A stretch of 64,000 nt of DNA, taken from assembly GCF_009914755.1 (NCBI RefSeq), contig NC_060926.1. One strand, written 5' to 3'. The position numbers and the translations under genes were made by a program. Below are positions 15,135 to 30,654 of this stretch, piece by piece (within the stretch, counting starts at the first letter, position 1; every line of letters starts with the position of its first letter). Source of the stretch: the human T2T-CHM13v2.0 reference genome, Homo sapiens. A model generated the notes under the pieces. The model did not search any database. It was not told where the DNA came from and saw only the letters and a program-made list of their open reading frames with translations.

Positions 15135-18100
15135 GTGAGTACGGCTGGGGAGTCCTGCGTCTTCTGCGAAGGGTAGGAACTTTTTTCCTTCCGCACACAG
15201 CCCAGGCCCTGCCCTCCCGCCTGCCCCTCGGGGTGGCAGCGGCTCCACTGCACATGTTCCCTTCGAGGCTGCCGCCCCTCCGCGGACTCCGGTGGACTGA
15301 GGGCCCCTCCCCCATGTCCAACTCTCCTCTGTGTCAGACCCTCCTTTCCTCCCGGAGCCCCTTTCAGTGCGGGGCCCTCGTTCCCCCAAAGTGGGAACCC
15401 CTTCCTTCTCAGGCCCCCCGATAGCTGGCACACCCCTCCCCGTACACTCACGGCTCCCTCCACTTACCCCCCTTCAGAGTTGGGACATTTCTTCAAATCC
15501 AGGCTCCTCTTCAGGGTACAACGTTCCACCACCTTTCCACATACACGCCTCTCTTTCAGGGTGGGGATCGCCTTCACCCGAACAGAGGCTCCTTTTTAGG
15601 GGAGGGACCCTCATTCCCTCTTCAGGAAGGGGGCATCCCCCGCCCCCAAGTCTTCACTTTAGATTTGAAGGCGACTTTCCAGTATCCTTCAGAGTAGTAG
15701 GCAACTTCCTTTTCAATCCCTCCACTTCTCTGAGCATTTTGCAGTGGTGGAGAGACCTAGAAGCATCGGAGCATCATTTGCTTAATGCAGGAAAGGAAGA
15801 GGTGCATCTGTGTTGGGGGACCCTCTTTAAGAGTGAAAGCAGAAGTGTTTTCTGGCTCTGCATACATGCTGGGGAGAAGTGATTCTGCCCAATGAATCAA
15901 TAGGAAAGGGGGCCTCTATCAGGGAAGGAAAGGATTCTCCATTTTTGGAAGATGTTGTCTTTGTGGAATGGAGAAAGGGAAGAGGTTATTAAATAGGCTG
16001 AAGTGCCTTTTCAGTGTTCCTTTCACCAGATGAAGGTAATCTTCTGGCTAGGAAAATCAAAACTCCAGGCTAGTATTCGCTGCCCTAGAAGCTGAATCTG
16101 GAATTACTATTCTTCGAGGCCATTGAAATCTAGTAAAAGATTAAGTTCAACTGTTAGAATGGTGAGAGAAACAGTTTCAGCTTTGGCTGATAACGCAGTT
16201 GTGTGATACCTACTGCTGGAACTGTATTTTGAGTTTTTTATGTGCAGGTAGCTTGTATTCAGACGCCTTTCTTTTACATTTCTTGATAATAAGTCTCTAC
16301 TTGGTTAATGTTCACTGATCAGTGAGCAGTCTGGCCATAGGCCGTACTATATCCAGATAATATCGAGATGAGATGGATTTTTAAAATCTAAAGTAAAAAA
16401 GTAAGTCAAAGAGCAATGGGCCTATTATAGATATTAAATAGTAAAACCTATAATTTTGGCCTTCCCTTTTTCTTGGGCAGAAAAAATTGTCGTTATATTG
16501 CTTTCAGAGTGGAAATCCTAAAATAGGAGGCAACTGAGTGTTGTGTTACTCTTTCCTCCTCAAAGGCACCTGTTGTCCATTATCTAACCTTTGATGTCTT
16601 GTAATTCCTTACTTAGGTTGGGCTCTTTTTAGAGAGACATCCATTTTTCCCTGGTTCTTTTTTAGCTCCATGCGTTGGTTTATTCACAGTAAGTGTTGGA
16701 CCGAAAAACTTGTCCTATATGTCCGCTGAAGGGCTGATCTTATACTAAAGTAAAAATTGAGTGTCTTCTTAGGGGATGTTGTGGAGAGCTGTGCTATCTT
16801 TATACTGTATTGGGTCCTCATCCTGTAGGAATGGTGAGATCACTTTAACTTCTTTCGTGTTGGCTCTAAAGATTTCTGGAGGGCTTGTTAAAGCTTCATC
16901 TTCTGTAAGTGTTTAGGAGGAGTCTTTCTCACCAGTTGGGGCACTTAATGTTTATTTTCAAACATTGATTATGCTTTGTAATAGCTTTCTTCTTTCTTAA
17001 CCAGTTTATGAGGCAAGTGATACAAAAGACCGAGAGATGAAGATGAATTGCAGTTGGGGCTCACACTTTTCATAAAGAGCGTCATTGTTGACCCTAATGT
17101 TGGATTTAAAAAATTCATTTGATGCCATGCTTTGGGTGGTATGTGATGAGACTTTCCTTTAGATATGGTGTTAATCAGGAGCAGAGGAGATATGCCTATC
17201 AGAGGAACCTGCATCTGCAGAGAGGGAAGGAAATGGTTCCTGGCAGTATTTCTGGAGCTGTTCTTGATGAAGATAATTCTCAGTGGGAGCTCTGTGCTTT
17301 CTCTTTCTGTCCCCCTTGCAAGAGTAAAACTAGGCCCCATCTTAATTGAAACCTTAAAGGGGTGGGGGAGGAGTAGTGCTGGTATATTTTACTGGTAGTC
17401 TTTAAGCGGAGCTTTGCTCAGCTCTTGCCAAATTGCTTGTTTCTGTTCTCTGCAGTTAATTAGCCTAGAGCTTAGAGTTACATTGATCTTTATTTTACCA
17501 TCAGGAGAGCCATGAATATAAAGGCAAGCACTTCTACTCTAGTAGGTGTTTAAAAACTTTTTTTTTTTTTAAACAAGAAGTCAAAACGTGAAGTTCTTCT
17601 GGGGTTACAACTATTGAAAGCATTTATTCTCAAGGAAGTATGTGTGTATTTCCTTTTACATATTAGATAGATTCTTGAAAAATGGTGAAAAAACTACATT
17701 TTTATAAGCAGAAAAATTGAGTACTTTATAAACAGAATAATTTTAGAGAAGAGATTATTTCAGAGAATCCTATGGTGACTCATTTTGTGAAGTGAAAACT
17801 TAAAATTCAAACTGTACCCTTGATTGTTGCATGTTTAGATAAGAAATCCACTGTGTTATGTGCATTTTATAAGATGTCTAATGGCAATTAAGACTAGGTA
17901 GTGGTTTTTTAAATCATAGGAATGATAAGTGATTGGCCATTTTATAAATGCCACATTGAAGTTACATGGTACTGATTATGTTATCTTTGTTTTACATAAA
18001 AAACAAGTGAAGAATTCTTTTAATCTCCGCAGCTGATGAATTTCAGGCAACTTGGCTGGCAGGTGCTTGTACTCTGGAATTTCCCTTAGGTATTATTAAT

Positions 18101-19052
18101 ATATCTTTTAATCCACAAATTATGGTAACTTAAGGCAGCACTTTAGAAACCTTTTTTTTTTTAAACTTAGGAGAGAAAAGTACTCAATTACCTTGATGTG
18201 TTGCCTCTAAATCACTACATATAGATACCCATGTGCAAAATGTATATACTGTATATATATTAAATCTCAGGTCTATGTGCAAAAGTGGGAAGCTATTCAT
18301 ACAGCTTTTACCGATTTTTTATAAGGCAGGGATTGGGTGCATTTCATGCTTAATCTTTTTAGAATCTCTTTCATAATAGAGGTTTAATTTTAAGACTTTT
18401 ATCTTGGAATTAACCTAGAGATTAGTCTGTTTTCACTTGAAAGAAACCTTATACCTAACCAGTCAGCTTTAAATTTTTCTGCCTCAAAAGTTAAACAACA
18501 AAACTTAAAATCTTCTTCCCCCTAAGAAAAATCATAGTGAATGAAATTGTTGGATTAGGATCTATAAGAAACAACATTCTGGGTACAGGTTGTAAATGTG
18601 AACAAGTATAGCAGTATGCTTCAACTTATGGACTAATCAGAAATTAGTCTTTTTAACATCACATTGTTAGAACTGTGATTTCTCATCACAGATAATAGTC
18701 TTGCTTTCTTAAAGGAACAATGCTGTATATGATTTTCACATATTAATCTAAAGCATTCCTTATTTACATGAAAATGTTTTTCATGTAATATTTGGAGAGG
18801 TTTTTTTTTTAAACTTTTTTTATTGGTTGCCTCTTGAAGAGTTCAAGATAGACTCAAGTTGTGTAACCAGACATGAGTAGTAACTCTTAAATGGTTAGTA
18901 GAGCATCTTCAACATGAGTTAGCTAGAGTGTTTTTCAACATGTGTATGGATTAACATCGAACATGGGCTAGCACTATGCTTGGTGGTTCTTATGGGAAAG
19001 ACAAGTAAAAGACATGCTTTTTGCCCTTTAGGAGCTTACTGCCTGGTTTTTG

Positions 19053-19349
19053 ACTAGGTGCAGTGGCTCACGCCTGTAGTCCCAGCACTTTGGGAGGCTG
19101 AGGTGGAAGGATCGATTGAGCCCAGTAGTTTGAGACCAGCCTGGGCAACATAGCAAGACCCTGTCTCTGCAAAAAAAACAAAAATAGGCATAGTGGCATG
19201 TGCCTGTAACCCCAGCTACTTGGGAGGCTGAGGCAGGAGGATCACTTGAGCACAGGAGTTGAAGGTTGCAGTGAGCTATGATTGTACCACTGCACTCCAC
19301 TGGGCCACAGAGCAAACCTCTGCCTCTAAAAAATAAATAAATAAATAAA
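19053..19349 (+). mobile_element. AluJ
   Basis: Dimeric Alu, (AAAT)n tail. Confidence 0.9.
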
Positions 19350-19688
19350 GTATGTACTGTATGTAGAGATGTTTATTATTAAGCCTAAGTACCAGAAATG
19401 GGGATGAAGGGAGGAAGCACCATTTAGAATGCTGTGCTATGTTTCAAGCAAGTAACTTCTGAGAGAACATTTGTTGATTGCTAGATTTATCTCTGCAGAG
19501 CTTGGCTTTTTAAAACAATGAAATAATTTAGCAGTTTAAATTCTAGGGAGTCTTTTTCTGTCTTATGTGTAAGTTGGAATAACATGTAGCAAAATACTGT
19601 ATTTTGTATGTGGGAGTCCATTTCTGTAACATGTAAAACTTCAATATTCATAAGAAATTTTAGAAAAATATTTTGATTTTTAAAATAG

Positions 19689-20078
<390 letters not shown>

Positions 20079-20296
20079 TGTAGTATATTTGTATGTCGGT
20101 ATATGATCTCTTGTCCTTTAGCTGTCTTAGGCTTTTATAATACCTTAATTTTGCATGCTGTATATGATTTTTAAATATTATTTTAAAGCATTCCTTATTT
20201 ACAGTTTACAAAGAGCTTTTATCTCATTTAATTTGCATACTAACCTTGGGAGATAAATTATTATACTTTTATAGGTGAAAAAGGTCTAGAAAGTGG

Positions 20297-20897
20297 TTTT
20301 TTTTTTTTTGTTTGTTTTTTGAGACAGAGTCTTGCTCTGTTGCCCAGGCTGGAGTGCAATGGCGCGATCTCGGCTCACTGCAGCCTCCGCCTCCCGGGTT
20401 TAGGCAGTTATCTGCCTCAGCCTCCCTAGTAGCTGGGATTACAGGTGCCCGCCAGCATGTCCGGCTAATTTTTGTATTTTTAGTAGAGACGGGGTTTCAC
20501 CATCTTGGCCAGGCTGGTCTTGAACTCCTGACCTTGTGTGATCCACCCACCTTGGCCTCCCTTACAGGTGTGAGCCACCGTGCCTGGCCGTGTTTTTGTT
20601 TGTTTGTTTGTTTTTGAGACGGAGTCTTGCTCTATTGCCCAGGCTGGAGTGCAGTGGCACCATGTTGGCTCACTGCAGCCTCTGCCTCCCGTGTTCAAGC
20701 TATTCTCCTGCCTCAAGCCTCCCGAGTAGCTGGGACTACAGGCACTCACCACCACACCTGGCTAATTTTTTGTATTTTTAGTAGAGATGGGGTTTCACTG
20801 TGTTAGCCAGGATGGTTGTGATCGCCTGACCTTGTTATTCGCCTGCCTCGGCCTTCCAAAGTGCTGGCATTACAGACGTGAGCCACCGCACCTGGCC
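20297..20897 (-). mobile_element. Two tandem AluS elements (~20297-20589, ~20590-20897)
   Basis: Two dimeric Alus head-to-tail. Confidence 0.9.
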
Positions 20898-20971
20898 AAG
20901 AGTGTGTTATTTTTTTAAAAGGTTAAGTCCAGGTTTTTTCTTTTTTTGTATGGTTGGGAGTGTTTGTATCT

Positions 20972-21282
<311 letters not shown>

Positions 21283-22218
21283 ATCATATTATTTTTAAAT
21301 AAAACACCATAGAAAGGAAAGAAGAATAGAAAAATAAATTATCTTTAGCCCATTTGTATGCAGCTGATGTTAACATGTTAATGTACTTGTTCTTAGTCTT
21401 TTCCTATGCTTAGTTTTTTAATAGTTAAAATCATACTGCAGACATAATTTTGCATTCTGTTTTTTTCGTTGGATCCTAACCTTTTTTTTTTTTTCCCACT
21501 TGAACTCAGATTTTTCTGATGGAGTCCAGTGGTCTTTTCTCTACTCCAATACTGACTCTTTATAACCCTCAGGTACATACCTGAATCTGAACTTCTCTCC
21601 TGAATCAGCTTCTTTTCCTTATTTCCCACTGACTGTATCACCCAGTTTGAAATTTCAGAATCATGTTTTGATTCTTTGCCATTTTTGCCTAGGGCATTAG
21701 AATCTCTTCTAAGACTTGTCAATTCTTGTCACCTTTTCTCATCCCTTTTCTTTTCCACCGCTATAGTTCAGGTACTTATTATTCGATGCATGGATTATTG
21801 CATGGCGTCGAGAATCTCCACCTGTCCAGTTTATTTTGTACAGGGCCCTCAGATTAATCTTCCTAAAGCCATGCTTTGATTGTGCTATTCACCCTCTCAG
21901 ATTGCTTCATTGCTTTAATGACTACATTCAAACATCTTAGCCTCTTAACATCTTCTCAAGTCCTCTGTCATCTCTTTCTACTGTCTTACCATGTTCTGAC
22001 CAAAATGACCTATTTCTTATTCCTCACATTTTCATCTTTTCATCCTGATGACTATTCTCAGTACCCTTCAAGGCTCAACTCAAATATTATTTCCTTTCTA
22101 AAAATGTTTACTTCTTTTCATTCCCAGCCCAAAGTATTCTTCCGTGAACACTTGATAGGACCACTCTTGGGGTACTTATTGCAGAATGTTTATTCCAATA
22201 GTTATAAGGTGAAAGTAA

Positions 22219-22638
<420 letters not shown>

Positions 22639-22836
22639 TGAAGTCTTGCAGTGGAGATTTCATGATCCAGTAAAATGTGGAGGAAATAAATTAGGGACTA
22701 GTATATAGTTGACAACTTAACAACCTTCACTTTCATACCTCTTTTTTTTTTTAAAGAAATGACATTTGAAGACCAAAAGATTGTAATACACAATCTCAGA
22801 ATAAAAAATTGTAAAATTACTTTGAAAATTAAATAT

Positions 22837-23133
<297 letters not shown>

Positions 23134-23746
23134 TCATTATGTTCTTATTTCTCATTTCACCTGAAATAAGTGAAATGTTCTAGACTTTATTGGGAATCTG
23201 ATAAAGAATTCTGTGCCAGATTCTAGGGTATTTTCAAGTACAAGTCATGTGCATGACCTGTTAATGGTTTTTGAAATCAGTTTAGTCGTGGTCAGGACCA
23301 ACATTAGAAAAATGAGGAGAAGAGGAAGAGATAATGTAAAATATCAGTACTTCGTGTGATATTGCTTCATGGAACATTTAATTTCAGTTACATATATTTG
23401 TCTTAGATTTCAGTGTAAAATTTCTGTTGGTCACAATCAGATGAAAGATACATTTTTAGTGGCTAATCCCTATCTTTGAGAGAATAGGTGGAAAGGTTGA
23501 CATACATGAAAAGGTGGATGAACAATCAGAAGTAATCATTGCGGGCTATGTCTTTGACAAGTTTTTAGAATCTGAATATAATTAGAATATGTTTAACAGC
23601 AGCAGCAGCAGAAAGATATTTATTAGTTGTAGAATCAGTGTAATTCAGGCAAACTCAGTATGTAAAGAAGTGATTTTATAAAATTGGTAGGGCTAGGGTA
23701 TGTTTACCTTGCAAATCAATTCTTTACTTTGAAAGAGAATTTTCAG

Positions 23747-24040
23747 GCCAGGTGGTATAGCTCACACCTATAATCCTAGCACTTTGGGAGGCCAGGGTAG
23801 GAATATCACTTGAGGCCTGGAGTTCAAGACCAGTCTGGGCAACATAGTGAGACCCTGTCTCTACCAAAAAAAAAAAACAAACAAAAATTAGCTGAACGTG
23901 GTGGTGCATGCCCAGCTCCTTGAGAGGCTGAGGTGAGAGGATCGCTTGAGCCCAGGAGGTGGAGGCTGCAGTGAGCTATGATATGCCACTGCACTCCAGC
24001 CTGGGCAGCAGAGCGAGCAGCGAGACCCTGTCTCAAATAA
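23747..24040 (+). mobile_element. AluJ
   Basis: Dimeric Alu; degenerate TSD GAAAGAG(A/G)ATTTTC. Confidence 0.9.
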
Positions 24041-24389
24041 GAAAGAGGATTTTCCTTGTTTGTAGTGTGGTGAGTATCCCCCGTGTGATGCCTGTCACGT
24101 GAGAGATCCCTGGAAGCCAAAAACAACAACTGCAAAAAAGAGGATTTACCATATTGCTGTATTTTATTTTTAAGCTGATCTGATGGAGTTGTCTGTGTCT
24201 TGACTGGTTCCCCACTTATTTGCTGAAATACATTTTTTCCCCAGGAAGCTGTCCCTGATTGGTACACTCAAACCATTGCACTATAGCGCTTCTAAAGTGG
24301 AGGGGGCTGAGCACTTACACCTAAGGGATCTGGGAGTGTAGGCAAAAGTTGAAATCTATTTAACTTTAAAATTTATATGATTGTTTTGC

Positions 24390-25600
<1,211 letters not shown>

Positions 25601-25779
25601 ATTGTATGAACTTTGCATTATACTTCATAGTATAGCATTAAAAAAAATTGGAACTATCCTGTCTTCCAGAAAATTCCAGGCAAACCCTTGAGATAAAACT
25701 GCGGCTCCAAGAATATGTTCCGTGTATGTATCATGTGGCTTCCTTTTATCCCTAAGCCTCAGTTTGAGAAACATGTCTC

Positions 25780-26060
25780 TGGACCAGAGGTAGCTGTGGT
25801 TCAGATTTAGCCAACAGACATATTTTGTTTGGCCCTTTTGAGTGTTTTAAAAATAGGGAGATTTCACATAACAATGTGGATGTTTGGTTTCTATTGAAAA
25901 ATAGGGTGATCTTGCCACTCTGGACTTGCATTCCATTCCAGATGGTCTGTATATGTGCTAAGTGGTGTGCCAGGTGCCCTCAGTCCCTACCTTACATGCA
26001 GCTTGTTTTAGTCATTTCTTTCCTGGCCTCTATAGACCTGTCTTTGCAACCTTTACCTAG
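25780..26060 (+). mobile_element. hAT-Charlie MITE (MER102-like)
   Basis: ACAGACATATTTTGTTTGGCCC...GGGAGATTTCACATAA...TTGAAAAAT...CTTGCCACTCTGG. Confidence 0.55.
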
Positions 26061-26124
26061 CCCAAGAGGTGATGAAAGTGCCTGTCTTCTTTATACTATA
26101 ACAATTTGAGAATTAAATTGCTAA

Positions 26125-27595
26125 ATGGATGCCCTATCACCCTCTAACATTTTAGTGTTTATTTCCTGTAAGTAAGGCTTTCTCCTACACAACCATATTA
26201 CAACCAACAGAATCAGGAAATGTTGATACATTACTAATTCTCAGACCCATTCTAGTTTCACTAATTGTCTCAATAATGTCTTTTATAGCAAAAAGATCTA
26301 GTTCACAATTACATGTTGAATTTAGTTTTCATGTCTCTTTAGTCTCTTTGATATGGAACAGTTCCTTAGTCTTCCTTGGGTTTTGTCACCTTGACACTTT
26401 GGAAAGTTGCCCTCCAGTTGTTTTGTAGACTGTCCCTAAATTTGATGTTTCATCCTGATTAGATTCAAATTATGCAATTTTGGGAGAAATGCCACAGAAG
26501 TGAAGCTGTGTTTGTCTCATTGCATCCTATTAGGTGGCACACAATTTTTATTTATCCCATTACTGATGATGTCCATTCTGATCACTTGGTGTCTGCTAGA
26601 CTTGCCCACAATTTTACAATTTTAGTAATTGCAAAATTATTTTTCTTGTTTTACTTGTTTTAGCTGGTAGTTGATAGCTATTTTGTAAAATGTGCTTTGA
26701 AACTATGTAAATATTCAGTTCTTCATCAGACCTTCAGTTTATTGGTTTATATCTGTATGTACTCAGGTTTCTTATTTTTTTATTTTTATTTTATTTTGTA
26801 TTTGAGACAGGGTCTCACTCTATTGCCCACACTGGAGTGCAGTGGTGCGATCACGGCTCACCGCATCCTCCACCTCCCGGACTCAAGCGATTCTCCTGCC
26901 TCAGCCTCCTGAGTAGCTGGGTTTACAGGCACACGCCACTAACACTTGGCTAATTTTTGTATTTTTCGTAGGGATGGGGTTTCACCATGTTGGCCTGGCT
27001 GGTCTCAAACTCCTGACCTCAAATGACCTACCTCAGCCTCCCAAAGTGCTGGGATTACAGGTGTGAGCCACCGCGCCTGGCCAGGTTTCATATTTTTTTG
27101 ATGGGTTATAGTCCATTACTATTTATTTTGATGCTTAAATTGACCCTGTTTTGGCAAGTAGATACCCCTCTAAACTGTCTTCTTTGTTCTTTTGCCACGT
27201 TCTCATCATTCTTTGAAGACTTTCTTGTTTTGTGACACAATAAGATGATCCAGGTTCATCTTGTGCCCTTTTTGCTCCAGCCCTAGAATCAGCCATTTTT
27301 GCCAAGGAGCCCTAGTTCTTTTATGGAGAAAGGTATTTAGAAACCAAGCTCTATGTGCTAGTTGTGTTCAGTGCTGCTGGAGTCCTCGTCACAGTAGTTA
27401 AAATTAAGGAATATATTTATGTACATATGTGTGTGGCAATATATAGATATAGTTACAGCTATATTTTTACAACAGCGTAGGGTTAATTTTTGTTTCCTCC
27501 TTTTACATATAGTTACTTCCCCAACAGAAACCTGGCTTCCATTATGCTTAATGTATTTATTTATTTGATGAGTCCTCCCGTACATAATCAATCTC
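26125..27595 (-). mobile_element. Old L1 (L1MC4-like) fragment, interrupted by minus-strand Alu (~26771-27082)
   Basis: TTGTCTCAATAATGTCTTTTATAGC, AGAATCAGCCATTTTTGCCAAGGAGCCCT motifs; Alu with TSD AGGTTTC. Confidence 0.75.
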
Positions 27596-27612
27596 CTGTC
27601 TCCACTGGTTTC

Positions 27613-27802
27613 TTTTTTTTTTTTTTTTTATGTAGAAAAATTCTTCTTTTTTTTTTTTATTATACTTTAAGTTTTAGGGTACATGTGCACATTGTGCAGG
27701 TTAGTTACATATGTATACATGTGCCATGCTGGTGCGCTGCACCCACTAACTCGTCATCTAGCATTAGGTATATCTCCCAGTGCTATCCCTCCCCCCTCCC
27801 CC
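27613..27802 (-). mobile_element. Young 5'-truncated L1 (L1PA2-like) with double poly-A tail
   Basis: Near-consensus L1PA 3' end with GAG at the Ta-diagnostic trinucleotide (sense GATGACGAGTTAGTGGG); perfect TSD CTCCACTGGTTTC (27600-27612, 27803-27815). Confidence 0.93.
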
Positions 27803-28182
27803 CTCCACTGGTTTCTGCTTCCTTGCTTGTTCAGGTTCTGATTGAACCTGTGCTGGGCTGCCCCCTCATCTTGTGCCGACATTCTCATCCCACCAGGGCT
27901 CCAGCATCCTATGCCAGGCTGCCTTTCTCATCCACCTGGTTGTTGATACCCTGCACTAAACTGACACCCCGTACTGTGATGCTCCTCTGCCAGAATGACC
28001 TCCTTACACACTTGCCTTGCACTGGCTGCCTTGATAGCTTTAGGACTGAACTATGGGGGAAGGGGAGACACCTAATCATTTTTAGAGAAAACAGTAGCTT
28101 TAATGAAAAAGTGGAAAACTATAGCTTTTCCACCAAATATCACAAATATTTATTTTATATCACTTCCCAAATCTTGTTTACA

Positions 28183-28460
28183 TGTCTGTTGGTCTGCTAG
28201 AGCTACCATACAAAATTACCACAGACTGGGTGGTTTAAACAACATAAACATATTTTCTCACAGTTCTGGAAGCTAGAGGTCAGAAATCAATGTTTCATCA
28301 GGTTTGATTTCTTACAACACCTTCCTCCCTAGCTTGTAGGTTGCCATCTTCTGTGTCCTCATGTGGCCTTTTCTTTGTGTGTACATATCACTGGTGCCTG
28401 TGTGTCCAGATTTCCTCTTCTTATAAGGATACCAGTTGTATTGGATGAGGCCCCCCCACA
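28183..28460 (-). mobile_element. MaLR LTR (MLT1A/B-like), truncated
   Basis: TACCACAGACTGGGTGGTTTAAACAAC...TCTCACAGTTCTGGAAGCTAG...CCTCTTCTTATAAGGA. Confidence 0.8.
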
Positions 28461-28469
28461 GCCCACTGC

Positions 28470-28644
<175 letters not shown>

Positions 28645-29717
28645 TTATAGCTCCCAGAATGGAAATCTAATGATTTAACAAATATTTATTAAGTAAATGC
28701 TACATGCCAGGCATTGTTTTCATACTGGGAATATGTCAGTGAACAAAACAAAAATCCCTGCTCTCATGAAGCTTGTATTATCATGAGGGGAGATAGACAA
28801 TAAAGAGTTTTAATTAAATTATTCACTGTTAGGAGGTCAGTGGCTTCTGTGTAAACAATTGATGTGTACATTGTCGGTTTTAAGCACATGATCCTTTTTT
28901 CTTAGATGGTGGTGATACAACCTGTGTGGGATATGGTTATGTCAGATTATACAGAAAAGTAATCTTGGGGATACAAAACAGGTAGTTACAACATTGATAG
29001 CTGTCCTAGGACTACTTTGTTATCATACATCTTAGTCACTGTATCTGATTTTGATAGGTTTTTGGTATATGTATATGTATGTATAAAATACACATATGCT
29101 TTTTGCAGGCTTCCATTCTCAGTTCCTTTTTTTTAAATCGTTTATATTTAAGGTATAAATATAATACTGTGTATACAAGTATAAATAATATACTATGCTA
29201 CCTTTATGGTTGGACATATATTTTTATTTTTAGAATTTTTTTCTTATTAAATAATCTGGCTGTATTTCAATAAAATCTTTTTTTTCAGGTTAATTATTAT
29301 AGGTCACTGTTTATCAATCTGGATTCAGGACCTACATCCAGTCACTAGAGAATTCTCAGGATGCTGGGGAGGTCTTAAAACAGCTGTTTGTGGGTGGTTG
29401 TGTTGGTAGAGGCAAAATGTGGGTTGTACCACCAGGATGAGGTCACCTCTTTCACCTTCTGGCCCTCTTTCTTTCCGGACTTTAACACCTACTTTGGTAC
29501 TTAAAGCAATTTGGGCTATTTGCTGTGCTCTGAAGTGTTGTTTAGTAGTAGCACCTATAAGATGGTGTTAAATGTTTTTTGAATGAGTCTGTGTCACAGC
29601 AACAAAGAAAGAGTTGTTTTCAGTAGTTTGAAAACCATTGATATGGTTTTTATCTCACTCTATTCTTACTTAACCTGTATATGGCCACCAGGTTATTCAT
29701 TCTAACACACTGTTTTC

Positions 29718-29900
29718 TTTTTTTCATTATTATTATTATATTTTAAGTTTTAGGGTACATGTGCACAACGTGCAGGTTTGTTACATATGTATACATGTGC
29801 CATGTTGGTGTGCTGCACCCATTAGCTCGTCATTTAACATTAGGTATATCTCCTAATGCTATCCCTCCCCCCTCCCCCCACCCCACAACAGGCCCCGGTG
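29718..29900 (-). mobile_element. 5'-truncated L1PA (L1PA4-6-like)
   Basis: L1PA 3' end; TSD CTAACACAC(TG/CA)TTTTC (29702-29717, 29901-29916). Confidence 0.92.
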
Positions 29901-30654
29901 CTAACACACCATTTTCATTGTCACTCCCTGGTTTAAGAACTTTCATCTCAAGTTTCTATGAGATAAACTCTAGTATGGTGTCCAAGTTGTCCTGCCACCT
30001 GGCTCTCACCTACCTTTCCAGCTTCACCCCTTACTGCGCCCCCTACATGGATTCCCTCTGTATCCCTTTTCTTGCTTAGTTTTTTGTGAACTGCTTTCTT
30101 CTTATACCGTTATTTATTCAATATCTCTCCTTTCTCTTACTAATTCCTGTTTATCCAAAGTAGTTTAAGTCCATCTCTTCTTTTGACCACTTTAATCCAC
30201 AGGGATTTTCTGTCCTATTTTCTGAAATCTAGCACATTTGATTTTCCTTACAGAGATCAATCATATATTTGCCTTATGTTCTTAAGTCATATATAGCCCT
30301 TTAAGTATTTCATGTTTATCTTGTCTCTTCAGTTAGGAAATACATTTCTTAAGGACAAGAATGTGCCTTATACTAGGTTGAATGTATTGCCTTTTGAGTG
30401 GTAACTGCTCTCATATCCAGTGCCTAACCGCTTTGGCCGATGGGAAAACCATAGGATCAGTGGATTGATAAAATTCTCTTTAACTTTTTGTTTTTATGTA
30501 ATCTAATTTTCTCTCCTTTGTGCAATGATACATCTGTGACATATTGGCAAAATCATTGGTCCCGGAATAATATAATACCTGAGCATATATTGATTTTTTT
30601 TTTCATTTTATAAAGAAACTGAGTTGAAGAGAGAGAAAGTAATTTGCTCGGGAT

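Larger units (their letters stand above)
14570..15300. promoter_or_regulatory. CpG island / EML4 promoter
   Basis: Very high GC and CpG density compared with CpG-depleted flanks; no TATA box evident. Confidence 0.92.

Noticed and set aside
15135-15424. Continuation of the 104-aa ORF beyond MDGFAGSL
   Set aside because: Read-through into intron 1 past the consensus donor; not EML4 protein sequence.
14564-15463. 299-aa minus-strand ORF and overlapping 205/140/183-aa ORFs
   Set aside because: Low-complexity Arg/Gly/Pro/Ala translations expected from stop-poor CpG-island DNA; no recognisable domain.
27490-28200. 236-aa ORF
   Set aside because: Runs through poly-T tracts and an antisense L1 3' UTR; non-ATG start; chance ORF.
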